DNA of 64,000 nt from Candidatus Marinacidobacterium sp. (GCA_965204755.1 OZ242011.1:2560001-2624000), one strand, 5' to 3'. Counted from the first letter of the stretch, positions 14,960 through 26,477 are shown. Translations and numbers: made by a program. Notes: generated by a model not told the origin, from the letters alone.

Positions 14960-16105
14960 ATGAGAGAAGCCGAAGGCCGGCCGTCGGCGAGCGGGGAGGG
15001 GCGGTACGCGACGGCGGCGAGTCGGTGGGCGGGGATCGGGCCGTACTACGCGATGTTTCCGAGCGTGTTCTCCGATGAAGTGGTCAGGAAGTTCACGGAA
15101 CGGGGGGAGGTCGTCCTCGATCCGTTCGCCGGGCGCGGGACGGCGGTTTACAGCGCCGTCATCCAGGGGAGGAAAGCGCGCGGGGTGGAGGTCAGTCCGG
15201 TGGGGTATGTCTATTCGAACGCCAAACTGGCCGGAGTGAGTCAGCAGGCAGTGGAGCGGCGGCTCTTCGACCTGTGCGAGAACGCGTCCGGTTACCGCTC
15301 GCGGATCGGTGAGGGCCCGGAGTTCTATCGGTGGTGTTTCGGGCGTCGCTCGATGGAGTTCCTGCTGGCGGCGCGGGACTCGCTCGAATGGAAGGACGAC
15401 GCGGTGGACCGGGTGTTGATGGCCCTCGCGCTGGTTTCGCTGCACGGGCGGCGGGGGGAGTCCCTGTCGAACCAGATGCGGCAGACGACCGCGATGTCGC
15501 CGGACTACTGCGTGAGGTGGTGGAAGGCCCGGGCGATGCCGGCGCCGGAGGTCGATGTGCGCGAGTTCCTGCTGAAGCGGATCCGGTGGCGTTACGCCCG
15601 CGGAAGACCTCGGGCCTACGGAGACCGCGTGCGGCTCGGTGACAGCCGGGCCGCGCTGAAGAAGGGCGGGTCTCTCCACCGGTCGTTGAAGGGGCGGGTG
15701 AAACTCCTGCTTACTTCGCCGCCGTACCACGATGTCACCAACTACTACTTGGACCAATGGCTCCGGCTGTGGCTGCTGGGCGGCCCGTGGCTGCCGAAAG
15801 CCGAGGAAGGTCGGCGCTACGGGGGAAAGTTCTCCGGGAAGCGCCGGTTCGTCGAGTTGATCGCCGAAGTGTTCGGGCAGTGCGCGAGCCTGCTGCGGGA
15901 GGACGGCGTCGTCTATGTCCGGACGGGCGCCGACGAGAGCACGCGCGGCGCGACCCGGGAAGTCCTTCGCGCGAGTTTCCCCGGCCGGCGGCTTCGGGAA
16001 GTCGAGACCGGGGAGGCGCCGGAGTGGCTGGAAACGGCGTACGGCCGCGGCGGGTCTCGCCACCGGAAGGGCGGCGAGGTGGACTTGGTGTTGGAACCGC
16101 GATGA
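14960..16105 (+). CDS. Amino-DNA methyltransferase (SPPY, probably N4-cytosine)
   Basis: PYYAMFP, SAM-binding VLDPFAGRGT, catalytic LLTSPPY. Confidence 0.85.
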   Translation: MREAEGRPSASGEGRYATAASRWAGIGPYYAMFPSVFSDEVVRKFTERGEVVLDPFAGRGTAVYSAVIQGRKARGVEVSPVGYVYSNAKLAGVSQQAVERRLFDLCENASGYRSRIGEGPEFYRWCFGRRSMEFLLAARDSLEWKDDAVDRVLMALALVSLHGRRGESLSNQMRQTTAMSPDYCVRWWKARAMPAPEVDVREFLLKRIRWRYARGRPRAYGDRVRLGDSRAALKKGGSLHRSLKGRVKLLLTSPPYHDVTNYYLDQWLRLWLLGGPWLPKAEEGRRYGGKFSGKRRFVELIAEVFGQCASLLREDGVVYVRTGADESTRGATREVLRASFPGRRLREVETGEAPEWLETAYGRGGSRHRKGGEVDLVLEPR

Positions 16106-16139
16106 GCGGGCCGGGGCCGGGTGCGAATCCCGGCGGGCG

Positions 16140-16805
16140 TCAGTCCCGGTTGTTGTCGTGCTCAGGAACCACGACGCCCAGCGAGATGATCATCTGCAGC
16201 GCCTGTTCCCGGGTCATGTCCAGTTCGGTGACTTCCTTCCGCGGCACGGTGAGCACGAAACCCGAAGTGGGATTGGGCGTCGTCGGGACGAATACCGCCA
16301 TGAGTTCGTCGCCGGGGTCGTCGGCGCCGGAGAGTTCGCCGGAGGCGCGGCGGCGGGCGCGCACCCGCTCCTGGACTTCGCCGAGGCTCCCGGCCATCTG
16401 GAAAGCCAGGCTGTACGCCCCCCGGCGCGGGTATTCGATGAGCACCACCTTGCCGAACGCCTCGCGCCCGTGGAACATCGCCTCGACCAGCCGCTTGACC
16501 CCGGTATAGACCCAGCGCACGCCGGGGATGCGCTCCAGCGGGGCGTCCACCATCCGGCGGAGGAGGACGGAGACCACGCGGAGGCGGGTGGCCACCCAGC
16601 CGGTGGCGACGAGCACCAGCAGGACACCGGCCAGCACCAGCAGGCGCGGCTCCCAGTCGAGCGACGGGAAGAACCACGAGCGGATCAGCGAGTAGAGGAT
16701 CCGCCCGACGAGGACCACCGCGGCGATGGGCAGCCAGACCGCGAACCCGGCGAACAGGTAGCGGCGCAGCCCGCGGAACGGATGCTTCCCCCGGTCGTCC
16801 GCCAC
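16140..16805 (-). CDS. DUF502 family membrane protein
   Basis: LRRYLFAGFAVWLP, RIPGVRWVYTGVKRL, VVLIEYPRRG, VFVPTTPNPTSGF, LDMTREQALQMIISLG. GTG start inferred. Confidence 0.88.
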   Translation of the reverse strand: MADDRGKHPFRGLRRYLFAGFAVWLPIAAVVLVGRILYSLIRSWFFPSLDWEPRLLVLAGVLLVLVATGWVATRLRVVSVLLRRMVDAPLERIPGVRWVYTGVKRLVEAMFHGREAFGKVVLIEYPRRGAYSLAFQMAGSLGEVQERVRARRRASGELSGADDPGDELMAVFVPTTPNPTSGFVLTVPRKEVTELDMTREQALQMIISLGVVVPEHDNNRD

Positions 16806-16895
16806 GGGCGCGGAGTGTAGGCGGGGCGCGGCGGAATCCGGCACGCCCCCGCGTCCGCCCCCGCCGGCGCGGCGGATACCATCCGCCCGCCCCCG

Positions 16896-17963
16896 ATGGA
16901 CATCCCGGTCGTCTGCCTCCCCGGCGACGGGATCGGCCCCGAAGTCATCGAGCAGGCCGAGCGGGTGCTCGAGCGGGTGGCCGCGCGGTTCGGCCACCGC
17001 CTGGCGGTCGAGCGCCGCGACTTCGCCGGCGCCGCGTGGGACCGGTCGCCGGAGGACGCCCGCACCGGGTTCCCCGACGACACCCGCGCCGCCTGCGACG
17101 GGGCGAAGGCGATCCTGCTCGGGGCGGTCGGCGACCCCCGCCACGATGTCCTCCCGGCGGCGGAGCGGCCGGAGCGGGCGCTGCTCGAACTCCGGCGGCG
17201 GATCGGGGCGTTCGCCAACCTGCGCCCGGTGCGGGCGGACCGCGTCCCGCCGTCGTCGCCGTTCCGCCCGGAGGCCATCGCCGGCGCCGACCTGCTCATC
17301 GTCCGCGAACTCACCGGCGGGCTCTACTACGGCGAACCGCGCGGGATCGAGGGCGCCGGCGCGGAGCGCGCCGGGTTCAACACGCTCCGCTACCGGGCGT
17401 TCGAGGTGGAGCGGATCGCGCGCGTCGCGTTCGAGGCGGCGTCGCGCCGGCGCGGCCGGGTGTGTTCGGTGGACAAGGCGAATGTGCTCGAGTCCTCGCG
17501 CCTCTGGCGGGAGACGGTGGCGGCCGTGGCCGCGGACTTCCCGTCGGTCGAGATCGACCACATGTATGTGGATCGCGCGGCGATGGAAGTCGTCCGCGAC
17601 CCGCGCCAGTTCGATGTAGTCCTCGCGGGCAACCTGTTCGGGGACATCCTGAGCGACGAGGCCTCGGTGCTCGCGGGTTCGCTGGGCGTACTGGCGTCGG
17701 CGAGCGTCGGCGGCGAGACCGGCCTGTACGAGCCGGTGCACGGCTCCGCCCCGGACATCGCCGGGCAGGGCAAGGCGAACCCGCTGGGCGCCATCGGCTC
17801 CGTGGCGATGATGTTGGACCTGTCGTTCGGGCTCACCGAGGAGGCGCGGGCGGTCGAGGCCGCGGTGCGTGCGGCGCTGGCCGGGGACGCGCGGACGCCG
17901 GACCTCGGCGGGACCGCGGGCACCGGGGCCGTCGGGGACGCGGTGCTCGCGGCGCTCGGCTGA
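16896..17963 (+). CDS. leuB: 3-isopropylmalate dehydrogenase
   Basis: LPGDGIGPEV, FANLRPV, VRELTGGLYYGEP, SVDKANVL, NLFGDILSDEA, YEPVHGSAPDIAGQGKANP. Confidence 0.96.
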   Translation: MDIPVVCLPGDGIGPEVIEQAERVLERVAARFGHRLAVERRDFAGAAWDRSPEDARTGFPDDTRAACDGAKAILLGAVGDPRHDVLPAAERPERALLELRRRIGAFANLRPVRADRVPPSSPFRPEAIAGADLLIVRELTGGLYYGEPRGIEGAGAERAGFNTLRYRAFEVERIARVAFEAASRRRGRVCSVDKANVLESSRLWRETVAAVAADFPSVEIDHMYVDRAAMEVVRDPRQFDVVLAGNLFGDILSDEASVLAGSLGVLASASVGGETGLYEPVHGSAPDIAGQGKANPLGAIGSVAMMLDLSFGLTEEARAVEAAVRAALAGDARTPDLGGTAGTGAVGDAVLAALG

Positions 17964-17980
17964 CCGGACCGGGGAAGGCT

Positions 17981-19192
17981 TTATCGGCCCGCGCCGCGAG
18001 TTGCGGTGAGCGCCGCGCGGAGTTCGCGGCGGACCTCCGGGTCGGTCTCGCGGGCCAGGCGGTCGGCGAGGGGCGGCGCGGCGTCGGCAGGGGCTGCTTC
18101 GGCGAGCGCCCAGGCGGCGTGGCCGCGGACGAGCGGCTCCGCGTGGTCGAGCGCTTCGGACAGCGGGGCGAACGCGGCGGGGTCGCGGCCGTTTCCCAGC
18201 GCGACGGCGACATTCCGCAGGAAGCCCGCGTAACCGGCGCGGCGGATCGCGCTTCGCCGCGTGCGTTCGCGGAACTCGTCCCGCGTGAGGCGGAGCAACC
18301 GCGCCAGCGTCTCCGTATGGAGCCCGTCCCCGGTCGCGGCGAGGCGCGGCTCCTCGGTTACCGAAGCGAAACGGTTCCACGGGCAGACATCCTGGCAGTC
18401 GTCGCAACCGAAGATGCGGTTCCCGACGGCGCGGCGGAACTCGGTCGGGATCGCCCCCCGGAGTTCGATGGTCAGGTAGGAAATACAGCGCCGGCTGTCC
18501 ACCACATACGGCGCGACGATCGCGTCGGTCGGACAGGCGTCGAGGCAACGAACGCAACTCCCGCAGCGGTCGGCGGCGGCGTCGTCGGGGGGTATCGCCA
18601 GCGGCAGCAGCACTTCGCCGAGGAAGAACCACGAACTGCCGCGCTCGGCGATGACATTCGAGTGCTTGCCGATCCAACCGATCCCGGCCCGCTCGGCGAA
18701 CGCCTTTTCCAACAGCGGCCCGTGATCCACCAGCGTGGGCAGCCGGCGGCGTCCATTCGCCGCGCGCGGTTCGAGCAGGCCGGCGGCGACCGCTTCCCGT
18801 TCGGCGAAGTCCGCGAGTCGGCGCAGTTTGTCGTCCACCACCCGGTGGTAGTCCTCGCCCCGGGCGTATTGCGAAACCACCCCGCCTCCGGTCGGCGCGG
18901 CCGCGGGTTCCCCGGCGTAGTAGTTCAGGGCGCAGACGACGACCGCGCGTTCGACGCGCCGCCCCTCCGCCGCGCCCCGCCGCGCGAGCGAAGCGTCCGA
19001 CCGCCGCTCCGGCGCCCGCGCCATCCACTCCATCTCGCCGTGCCGCCCTTCCCGCAACCACTCCGCGAACCGCCGCCCCGCCTCCCGCGCCTCCGGCGGC
19101 GCGAACCCCACCGCCGAGAACCCCAGCCGGAACCCCTCCGCGCGGATCGAGTCGCGCAGAGCCTCCCGCGCCGCGCTGTCGGGTTCGGGCAC
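17981..19192 (-). CDS. queG: tRNA epoxyqueuosine(34) reductase
   Basis: YARGEDYH, EKAFAERAGIGWIGK, CGSCVRCLDACPT, RCISYLTIE, FGCDDCQDVCPWN and C-terminal HEAT repeats. Start approximate. Confidence 0.95.
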   Translation of the reverse strand: MPEPDSAAREALRDSIRAEGFRLGFSAVGFAPPEAREAGRRFAEWLREGRHGEMEWMARAPERRSDASLARRGAAEGRRVERAVVVCALNYYAGEPAAAPTGGGVVSQYARGEDYHRVVDDKLRRLADFAEREAVAAGLLEPRAANGRRRLPTLVDHGPLLEKAFAERAGIGWIGKHSNVIAERGSSWFFLGEVLLPLAIPPDDAAADRCGSCVRCLDACPTDAIVAPYVVDSRRCISYLTIELRGAIPTEFRRAVGNRIFGCDDCQDVCPWNRFASVTEEPRLAATGDGLHTETLARLLRLTRDEFRERTRRSAIRRAGYAGFLRNVAVALGNGRDPAAFAPLSEALDHAEPLVRGHAAWALAEAAPADAAPPLADRLARETDPEVRRELRAALTATRGAGR

Positions 19193-19274
19193 GGCTTCGT
19201 CCGTCAGGTCTCCGCGTGGAGAAGGCCGAGGAGCGGCCTCCCGGTCCTTCTTTTCTCCGATCGGGCCGGATGAC

Positions 19275-19850
19275 TCAGCGATACCAAGCGGCGATCGCCG
19301 AAGCGACGGCGGCAAGAGCGGAGAGCCCGAGAGCGATCATGGAAGCGACGATCAGCCTTCTCGCGCTCGTGCTCTCGTACCACGCAGGCAACCGGTGGGT
19401 AACGAAGAGGCCGTAGCGGCCAAATCTCTCGTCGTCGCAGGCGCGGACGCTGACATAGGCGTGCGCCGGATGCTTCTTCTTGGCAGTGATCTTCCACTGC
19501 CAAAAGACATGCCCGTCCGATTTCGGGCCTTCTGTCAGATTCTGCATTTCCGAGAGTCCCTCACCGTGGCATTCGAGACTCTGGATCTTCGGGCTACTCG
19601 CACGGAAGTCCCAACTGCCATGTTCGTCGAGTTCATGCGCGCTGGCATGAATCCGAACACCGTGCTCCAGCGCCAAGGCGAGAAACTCGTCCGGGATCGT
19701 CGCGATCGCCGCCCCCAGTTCATCCCTGCTGCTGACCCTGAAGATCGCAATCGTGGACAAGTCCGGCGGAACGGTTGGTGGCATACCTGCCGAATGTGAA
19801 GTCCCGAAGGGATCGAGATAACCGGTCCAGTCAACTCTGATCTTCTTCAT
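19275..19850 (-). CDS. Hypothetical protein with C-terminal TM helix
   Basis: GAGGAG RBS before ATG (MKKIRVDWTG...). Hydrophobic end LIVASMIALGLSALAAVASAIAAW. Visibly lower GC than flanks. Confidence 0.5.
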   Translation of the reverse strand: MKKIRVDWTGYLDPFGTSHSAGMPPTVPPDLSTIAIFRVSSRDELGAAIATIPDEFLALALEHGVRIHASAHELDEHGSWDFRASSPKIQSLECHGEGLSEMQNLTEGPKSDGHVFWQWKITAKKKHPAHAYVSVRACDDERFGRYGLFVTHRLPAWYESTSARRLIVASMIALGLSALAAVASAIAAWYR

Positions 19851-20002
19851 GTACTCCTCGTTTCGGCGTCCGGTCTCCGGGGACCGAACCCGGCGGGTCG
19901 GTGTTCGCGGAAGCATCCGAGCCGGACGCCGGGCTCCGTCCCGCTCCGAGGCCGTCGCGGAGGCCCGGCGTCGTCATCGCCAGCCCGCGTCGGCGCCGCC
20001 GC

Positions 20003-21034
20003 TTAGTCGGGATTCGCGGCGAGGGTCTCGTCGGGGGAGGGCCGGCCGCGGCGCGCCGCGCCTCGGTCTCCTCGGGACGAACTGCGGCCCTTCCACGCTT
20101 GGAGTTGCCGCGTGATGATGGAGCGGAGGTCGGCTTCGGGGATGTCCAGGACGAATTGGCGTCTCACCTCCAACGAGAATCGTTCGAGTTCCGAGAAACC
20201 GAGGCCCCGGAGGCGGGCGGCCAGGGCCTTCGGCGAAACGGGCAACGGTGAGCCGACTCCCTGCGCGAAACGGCGGAACCATTCCTCCGTCTGCGCCGGG
20301 GTCGGCGGCGGGAGGTCGAGGCGGACCTCGAAGCGGCGCCGCGCGGCGCGGTCGAGAAGTTCCGGGCGGTTCGTGGCGGCTACGACGACCACATGGCTCG
20401 GCAGGGCGTCGATCTGCAGGAGCAGCGAACTGACGACGCGCCGGTCTTCCCCGGTCGCGGGTTCGCCGCCGCGGTCCCTGCCGAGGACATCGAAGTCGTC
20501 GAAGAACAGGACGCACTCGCGCGCGCGGACTTCGGAGAACATCCGGTCGAGACGCCCGGCGGTCTCGCCGAGGAAACTTCCGATCACGGACTCGTATCTC
20601 ACGGTGAACAGGGGGTCGGCGAGTTCCGTGGCGAGCGCCTCGGCGAGCGAGGTCTTGCCGTTTCCCGGCGGGCCGGTCAGCAGCAGGCGGTGGCGCGGTT
20701 CGAGATCGTGGGCGCGCAGCAGGTCGCGGCGGCCGTGCTCTTCCAGCAGTGCGCCGATCGTTCGCGCCGCCGACTCCGGGAGGATGAGGTCGGCGAGCCG
20801 GCGCTCGGGGACCGACGAGTGGAAGAAGCGTCCGCCGCCGCCCCCGGAGCGGGGCGTCCGGCGCTCCGGGCCGGCATGGTTCGTCGCCAGGTGGGCGGCC
20901 AGCCGGTCGGCCAGGATGTGGTGCTGCTTGCCGCGCTCGTCCACGATGATGGCCTCGAGGGCCTTCCGGAACTGCGGCTGATCCCCCCCGGCGCCGGCGC
21001 GGACGAGATCGAGCAGGTGGTTGGCGCGGGGCAT
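20003..21034 (-). CDS. AAA+ ATPase of IetA-like type
   Basis: N-terminus LLDLVRAG...[14 protein letters not shown]-type helix, Walker A GPPGNGKT, Walker B variant [23 protein letters not shown]. Confidence 0.8.
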   Translation of the reverse strand: MPRANHLLDLVRAGAGGDQPQFRKALEAIIVDERGKQHHILADRLAAHLATNHAGPERRTPRSGGGGGRFFHSSVPERRLADLILPESAARTIGALLEEHGRRDLLRAHDLEPRHRLLLTGPPGNGKTSLAEALATELADPLFTVRYESVIGSFLGETAGRLDRMFSEVRARECVLFFDDFDVLGRDRGGEPATGEDRRVVSSLLLQIDALPSHVVVVAATNRPELLDRAARRRFEVRLDLPPPTPAQTEEWFRRFAQGVGSPLPVSPKALAARLRGLGFSELERFSLEVRRQFVLDIPEADLRSIITRQLQAWKGRSSSRGDRGAARRGRPSPDETLAANPD

Positions 21035-21187
21035 GGCGAAGCGGAGGGGCGGCGGCGGGGGCGCGGCGGCCGATCGCGGCGGGGCCGGTGGTTATACAGT
21101 CTCGCGCCCCCCGGCGGGTGGGGCGCGCGGCCCTCGGCGGGAACGCCGGGAGTCCGGCGGAACCGGGGACGGAGGGAAGGAGAAGTG

Positions 21188-22384
21188 ATGACCGACGAGA
21201 TTCGGGCGGGGCTCGGGGCGGAACTCGGGGCGATCCGGGAAGCCGGGCTGGAGAAACTGGAGCGGGTGATCGCCTCGCCGCAGGGGGCGGCGATCACCGT
21301 CGCCGGGGACGGCGGCGGGAGCGAAGTCCTGAACTTCTGTGCGAACAACTACCTCGGCCTCGGCAACCACCCCCGGCTGCTCGAAGCGGCGCGGCGGGGG
21401 CTGGACGAGCGGGGGTTCGGGCTCAGTTCCGTCCGGTTCATCTGCGGGACGCAGGACCTCCACCGGCGGCTGGAGAAGGACCTCGCCGACTTCCTCGGCG
21501 CCGACGAAGCGATCCTCTACTCCTCGTGCTTCGACGCGAACGGCGGGCTCTTCGAGACGCTGCTCGGGGCGGAGGACGCCGTGGTCAGCGACGAACTCAA
21601 CCACGCCAGCATCATCGACGGCGTCCGGCTCTGCCGGGCGCGGCGGCTGCGCTACCGGAACCGGGACCTCGACGACCTGACCGCGAAACTGGAAGAGTGC
21701 CGGGACGCGCGGCGGATCCTCATCGCCACCGACGGGGTGTTCAGCATGGACGGCACGCTGGCGCCGCTCGACCGCATCTGCGAGATCGCGGACCGGTTCG
21801 GGGCGCTGGTGATGGTGGACGACTCGCACGCCACCGGGTTCGTCGGGGACGCCGGGCGGGGGACGCCGGAGCGGTTCGGGGTCGGCGAGCGGGTGGATGT
21901 CATCACCTCCACGCTGGGCAAGGCGCTCGGCGGCGCCGCCGGCGGGTTCACCGCGGCGCGGCGGGAGATCGTGGCGCTCCTCCGGCAGCGGAGCCGGCCC
22001 TACCTGTTCTCGAACACCCTGGCGCCGGCCATCGTCTCGGCGGCGGTGGAGGCGGTGGCGCTGCTCACTTCCAGCGACGAACTCCGGCGGCGCCTGCGGG
22101 AGAACACCGCCCGGTTCCGGGAGGGGATGACCGCCGCGGGGTTCCGGATCACGCCCGGTGACCACCCGATCGTGCCGGTGATGCTGGGCGACGCCCGGCT
22201 GGCCGCGAACATGGCGGACGACCTGCTCGAACGCGGGATCTATGTGATCGGGTTCAGTTTCCCGGTGGTGCCGAAGGGGAAGGCGCGGATCCGCGTCCAA
22301 CTCTCCGCCGCGCACACCGAGGCGCAGGTGGACCGGGCGGTCGCCGCCTTCGCCGAGTCGGCGCGCAAGTTCGAGGTGTTCTGA
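21188..22384 (+). CDS. kbl: 2-amino-3-ketobutyrate CoA ligase (glycine C-acetyltransferase)
   Basis: [73 protein letters not shown]. Confidence 0.96.
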   Translation: MTDEIRAGLGAELGAIREAGLEKLERVIASPQGAAITVAGDGGGSEVLNFCANNYLGLGNHPRLLEAARRGLDERGFGLSSVRFICGTQDLHRRLEKDLADFLGADEAILYSSCFDANGGLFETLLGAEDAVVSDELNHASIIDGVRLCRARRLRYRNRDLDDLTAKLEECRDARRILIATDGVFSMDGTLAPLDRICEIADRFGALVMVDDSHATGFVGDAGRGTPERFGVGERVDVITSTLGKALGGAAGGFTAARREIVALLRQRSRPYLFSNTLAPAIVSAAVEAVALLTSSDELRRRLRENTARFREGMTAAGFRITPGDHPIVPVMLGDARLAANMADDLLERGIYVIGFSFPVVPKGKARIRVQLSAAHTEAQVDRAVAAFAESARKFEVF

Positions 22385-22477
22385 CCGCCCGCCCCGGGGC
22401 GCGCGGCTACGGCGCTCCGGGGCGGGTGTCCGGGCGGGTCGGCGGTTCGGCGCCCGCCTCCCCGGGCGCCTCCACCG

Positions 22478-23668
22478 TCAGGTCGTCCCGGTCGTCGAGA
22501 CTTCCGGGCGGGTCGGCGGTTCCGGGGCCGCCTCGCCGAGCCATTCGAGCACGATCTCCTGGTGGCGGCGCACCGGGGCCTCGCCGAACCGGGCGGAGGG
22601 GCCGTGTTCGAGCCGCGGCGACCCGAGCGACTTCTGCTGCTGCTCGCAGACCAGGATGTCCTCCTGCATGAAGTCGCCGGAGGCGAGCGGGTCGCGCCGG
22701 GGGTCGCCGGCGACCTTGCCGCGGGGGCGCTGCCAGAGTGAGCCGGAGCGGAGCAGTCGGAGCGCCCGCTTCCAGCCGGGGACATCGGCGACCTTGGTGC
22801 GGGTGACCACGCGGGTGCGGTCGGGCGCGAGCGGCTCGACCAGGAACAGGGACCACGAACTCTCGCTCTCGCCGAGCCCGATGCCGGGGAACAGCATCGG
22901 GACCCAGGCGCCGAGGCGGTCCCGCGGCACATGGTCGATCAGCGGCAGCGGGGACTCCCGGTCGACGACCGCCTCGTACCAGGCGGCCAGCGGTTCCCGG
23001 AAGGCGAAGTGGGGGCCGTGCCAGCCGGACTCGATGCGGTCGTGGTCGTACATGGCGAGGGTGGCGGAGTGGAGGTGCTTCAGGTGGTAGGCGTCGATGT
23101 AGTTCTCGACCACGATCTTCCAGTTGGCGCGGACCAGATAGTCGGCGCGGAGGCGGGGGTCTTCGACCAACTCCTCGACCCGGTGGGGGCCGAGGTGCGG
23201 CTCGACCGGGCCGAACCAGTCCGAAAGCGACGGGGGGTCGGCGTCCGGGTGGACCCAGAGCATCCCCCGCCAGATGCCGACCGAGGCGGGGAACAGGCGG
23301 ACGCCGGAGGGGTCGAAGTCCGGGAATTCGCGGGCCCGGCGGGGGACGCCGACGAGGCGGCCTTCGAGGTCGTAGGTCCAGTCGTGGTAGGGGCAGCGCA
23401 GCGCGGCGGCCTTCCCGACAGCGCGGATCAACTGCGTGCCGCGGTGGCGGCAGAGGTTGTGGAACGCCCGGAGGCGGCGGTCCTCGCCCATCACCACGAA
23501 GAGGTTGTTCCGGCCGGCCTGGACGCTGAGGTATTGGCCGGGCTCGGTCAGGTCTTCGGCGAGCCCGGCGCAGGCCCAGGTGCGGGAGAAGATCCGGGCC
23601 CGCTCCCGGTCGAACCAGTCCGGCGAGGTGTAGGCCTCGACCGGGAGGATCGGCATTCCGGTGGACAT
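22478..23668 (-). CDS. Rieske ring-hydroxylating oxygenase alpha subunit (choline monooxygenase-like)
   Basis: Rieske motif CRHRG...CPYHDWTY, ANWKIVVENYIDAYHLKHLH, and QEDILVCEQQQ. Confidence 0.9.
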   Translation of the reverse strand: MSTGMPILPVEAYTSPDWFDRERARIFSRTWACAGLAEDLTEPGQYLSVQAGRNNLFVVMGEDRRLRAFHNLCRHRGTQLIRAVGKAAALRCPYHDWTYDLEGRLVGVPRRAREFPDFDPSGVRLFPASVGIWRGMLWVHPDADPPSLSDWFGPVEPHLGPHRVEELVEDPRLRADYLVRANWKIVVENYIDAYHLKHLHSATLAMYDHDRIESGWHGPHFAFREPLAAWYEAVVDRESPLPLIDHVPRDRLGAWVPMLFPGIGLGESESSWSLFLVEPLAPDRTRVVTRTKVADVPGWKRALRLLRSGSLWQRPRGKVAGDPRRDPLASGDFMQEDILVCEQQQKSLGSPRLEHGPSARFGEAPVRRHQEIVLEWLGEAAPEPPTRPEVSTTGTT

Positions 23669-23748
23669 CGGGGTCTCCTTTTGCGGTCGGTCGGATGGTA
23701 GTGGCGTCCGGCCGGAAGCGGGATGTGAGTCCGGGAGACTCAGTTATG

Positions 23749-23778
23749 TTGCGCGTTCCGGCTAATATTTGCTATGAT
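23749..23778 (+). promoter_or_regulatory. Putative sigma70-type promoter for clpB
   Basis: TTGCGC-18 bp-TATGAT with extended -10 TG, in an AT-rich patch upstream of an AGGAG RBS. Confidence 0.45.
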
Positions 23779-23813
23779 CCGCATCAGGAATCTTGACAGG
23801 AGCCTTCGCCACC

Positions 23814-26477
23814 ATGTCCATCCAGTTGACCGTACGGGCCCGGCGGGCGCTCGAGCGCGCCGGCGAACTCGCCGGGGAGGGGCGGCACGCGCAGGTCGCG
23901 CCGCTCCACCTGCTCGCGGCGCTCCTCGAGGACGACGCGTCCTCCGCGCCCGCCGCCCCGGCGGGGCAACGCCCGGTCGAGGGACTCGTCCCGCGCCTCC
24001 TCCGCCGCCTGTCGGTCGAACCGGCGGCGGCGCTCGCCCGCGTCCGCCGCAAACTCGGCGAACTCCCGGTCCGCGGCGGCGGCGGCCCCGACGAACCCGC
24101 GCCATCGCGGGAACTCGGCGCCGACCTCCGCCGGGCGGCGAAGGAAGCGGCCCGGCTCGGCGACGAGTATGTGAGCGTCGAGCACCTCCTCCTCGCCCTG
24201 ACCGACCGGCGCTCCGCCGCGGCGCCGCTCCTCCGCGAGGGCGGCGTGGAGCGCGAACCCCTCGAAGCCGCCGTCCGGGAGACCCGCGGCGCCTCCCGCG
24301 TCACCACCCCCGACCCGGAGGCCGCCCTCGCCCCGCTGGAGCGCTACTGCCGCGACCTCACCGCGCTGGCCGCCGAAGACCGGCTCGACCCGGTCATCGG
24401 GCGCGACGACGAGATCCGGCGCGTCATCCAGATCCTCTCCCGCCGCGCCAAGAACAACCCGGTGCTCCTGGGCGAGCCGGGGGTCGGCAAGACCGCGGTC
24501 GCCGAAGGGCTGGCCGTCCGCATCGTGAAGGGCGATGTGCCCGAAGGGCTCCGCGAGCACCGGGTGGCGGCGCTCGACCTCGGGGCGCTGGTGGCCGGCG
24601 CGAAGTTCCGGGGTGAGTTCGAGGAGCGGCTGAAGGCGGTGCTCTCCGCCGTCACCGACTCCGGCGGCAAGATCGTCCTGTTCATAGACGAACTCCACAC
24701 CGTGGTCGGCGCCGGGGCGACCGCCGGGCCGATGGACGCCTCGAACCTGCTCAAGCCGGCGCTCGCGCGGGGCGAACTCCACTGCATCGGCGCGACCACG
24801 CTCGACGAGTACCGCCGCCACATCGAGAAGGACGCGGCGCTGGAGCGGCGGTTCCAGACCGTCCTGATCGAGGAGCCGAGCCGCGAAGCGACGGTGACCA
24901 TCCTCCGGGGGCTGAAGGAGCGCTACGAGGTGCACCACGGCGTCCGCATCCGGGACGCGGCGCTGCTGGCCGCCGCCGCGCTCTCGGACCGCTACATCTC
25001 CGGGCGGTTCCTGCCGGACAAGGCCATCGACCTGGTGGACGAGGCCGCCGCCCGGCTGCGCACCGAGATGGACAGCGTCCCCACCGAACTCGACGAGGTG
25101 GAGCGGGAGTTGCTGTCGCTCCGCATCGAGCGCGAGGCGCTCAGGAAGGACGAGGACGCCGCCTCGGTGGCGCGGCGCACGGAACTGGCGGGCCGCGTCG
25201 CCGCGCGCGAGGAGGCCGCCCGGACGCTCCGCGCCCGGTGGCGGGAGGAGAAGGAGCGGTTGGCCGCCGTCCGCGGGCTGCGCGAGCGGATCGAGGAGAC
25301 CGACCGGCAGATCGAGCGCGCCGAGCGCGAGGCGGACCTGGAGCGCGCCGCCGAACTGCGGTTCGGGACGGCGCCGGCGCTCCGGGAGGAACTGGCGGCG
25401 GCGGAGGCGCGGCTGGCGGCGAACGGGAAGTCCGACGGGGAGACGAAGTTGCTCCGCGAGGAAGTGGACGACTCCGATGTGGCCTCGGTGGTCTCCCGGT
25501 GGACCGGGATCCCGGTGGAGCGGCTGCTCGAAGCGGAGCGGACGAAGTTGCTCCGGCTGCCGGAGTTGCTCCACCGGCGGGTGGTCGGACAGGAGGAAGG
25601 CGTCCGGGCGGTCGCCGACGCGGTGCTCCGCGCCCGGGCCGGGGTCGGGGACCCGGACCGGCCGCTGGGGACCTTCCTGTTCGCCGGGCCGACCGGGGTG
25701 GGGAAGACGGAACTGGCGCGCGCCCTCGCCGCCGAACTCTTCGACGACGAGAAGGCGATGGTGCGGCTGGACATGAGCGAGTACGGCGAGAAGTTCGCGG
25801 TGTCGCGGCTGGTCGGCGCCCCGCCGGGGTATGTGGGCTTCGAGGACGGCGGGCAGTTGACGGAGGCGGTGCGGCGGCGTCCGTTCTCGGTGGTGCTGTT
25901 CGACGAGATCGAGAAGGCGCACCCGGAGGTGCACACCGTCCTGCTGCAGGTGCTCGACGACGGGCGGCTGACGGACTCGCAGGGGCGGGTGGTGGACTTC
26001 CGCAACGCGCTGCTGATCCTGACCTCGAATGTGGGGAGCGCGGAGATCCTGTCGCTCGCGGAGCGGGGGGCGGGGTACGCGGAGATCCGGCGGCGGGTGA
26101 TCGCGGAGTTGCGGCGGGCGTTCCGTCCGGAGTTCCTGAACCGGGTGGACGAGACGGTGGTGTTCGAGAGCCTGTCGCGGGAGCAGGTGGCGGAGATCGT
26201 GGGGCTGCAGTTGGAGCGGCTGCGGACTCGGTTGGCCGAGCAGGGGATCGGGATGGGCGTCTCCCCGGAGGCCCGGCGCGCGCTGGCGGCGGCGAGTTAC
26301 GAGCCGGCCTTCGGGGCGCGTCCGGTGCGGCGGACGATCCAGCGGCTGGTGGAGACGCCGGCGGCCCGGCTGATCCTCGCCGGGGAGTTGGAGGCGCCGG
26401 GGACGCTGTCGGTCGTTGTCGGGGAGGGCGGCGGGGTGGCCCTTCGGGCGCTGCCCGCCGCGGAAGTCGCCGCCTGA
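23814..26477 (+). CDS. clpB: ATP-dependent chaperone ClpB
   Basis: [49 protein letters not shown], coiled-coil M domain, [16 protein letters not shown]. Confidence 0.96.
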   Translation: MSIQLTVRARRALERAGELAGEGRHAQVAPLHLLAALLEDDASSAPAAPAGQRPVEGLVPRLLRRLSVEPAAALARVRRKLGELPVRGGGGPDEPAPSRELGADLRRAAKEAARLGDEYVSVEHLLLALTDRRSAAAPLLREGGVEREPLEAAVRETRGASRVTTPDPEAALAPLERYCRDLTALAAEDRLDPVIGRDDEIRRVIQILSRRAKNNPVLLGEPGVGKTAVAEGLAVRIVKGDVPEGLREHRVAALDLGALVAGAKFRGEFEERLKAVLSAVTDSGGKIVLFIDELHTVVGAGATAGPMDASNLLKPALARGELHCIGATTLDEYRRHIEKDAALERRFQTVLIEEPSREATVTILRGLKERYEVHHGVRIRDAALLAAAALSDRYISGRFLPDKAIDLVDEAAARLRTEMDSVPTELDEVERELLSLRIEREALRKDEDAASVARRTELAGRVAAREEAARTLRARWREEKERLAAVRGLRERIEETDRQIERAEREADLERAAELRFGTAPALREELAAAEARLAANGKSDGETKLLREEVDDSDVASVVSRWTGIPVERLLEAERTKLLRLPELLHRRVVGQEEGVRAVADAVLRARAGVGDPDRPLGTFLFAGPTGVGKTELARALAAELFDDEKAMVRLDMSEYGEKFAVSRLVGAPPGYVGFEDGGQLTEAVRRRPFSVVLFDEIEKAHPEVHTVLLQVLDDGRLTDSQGRVVDFRNALLILTSNVGSAEILSLAERGAGYAEIRRRVIAELRRAFRPEFLNRVDETVVFESLSREQVAEIVGLQLERLRTRLAEQGIGMGVSPEARRALAAASYEPAFGARPVRRTIQRLVETPAARLILAGELEAPGTLSVVVGEGGGVALRALPAAEVAA

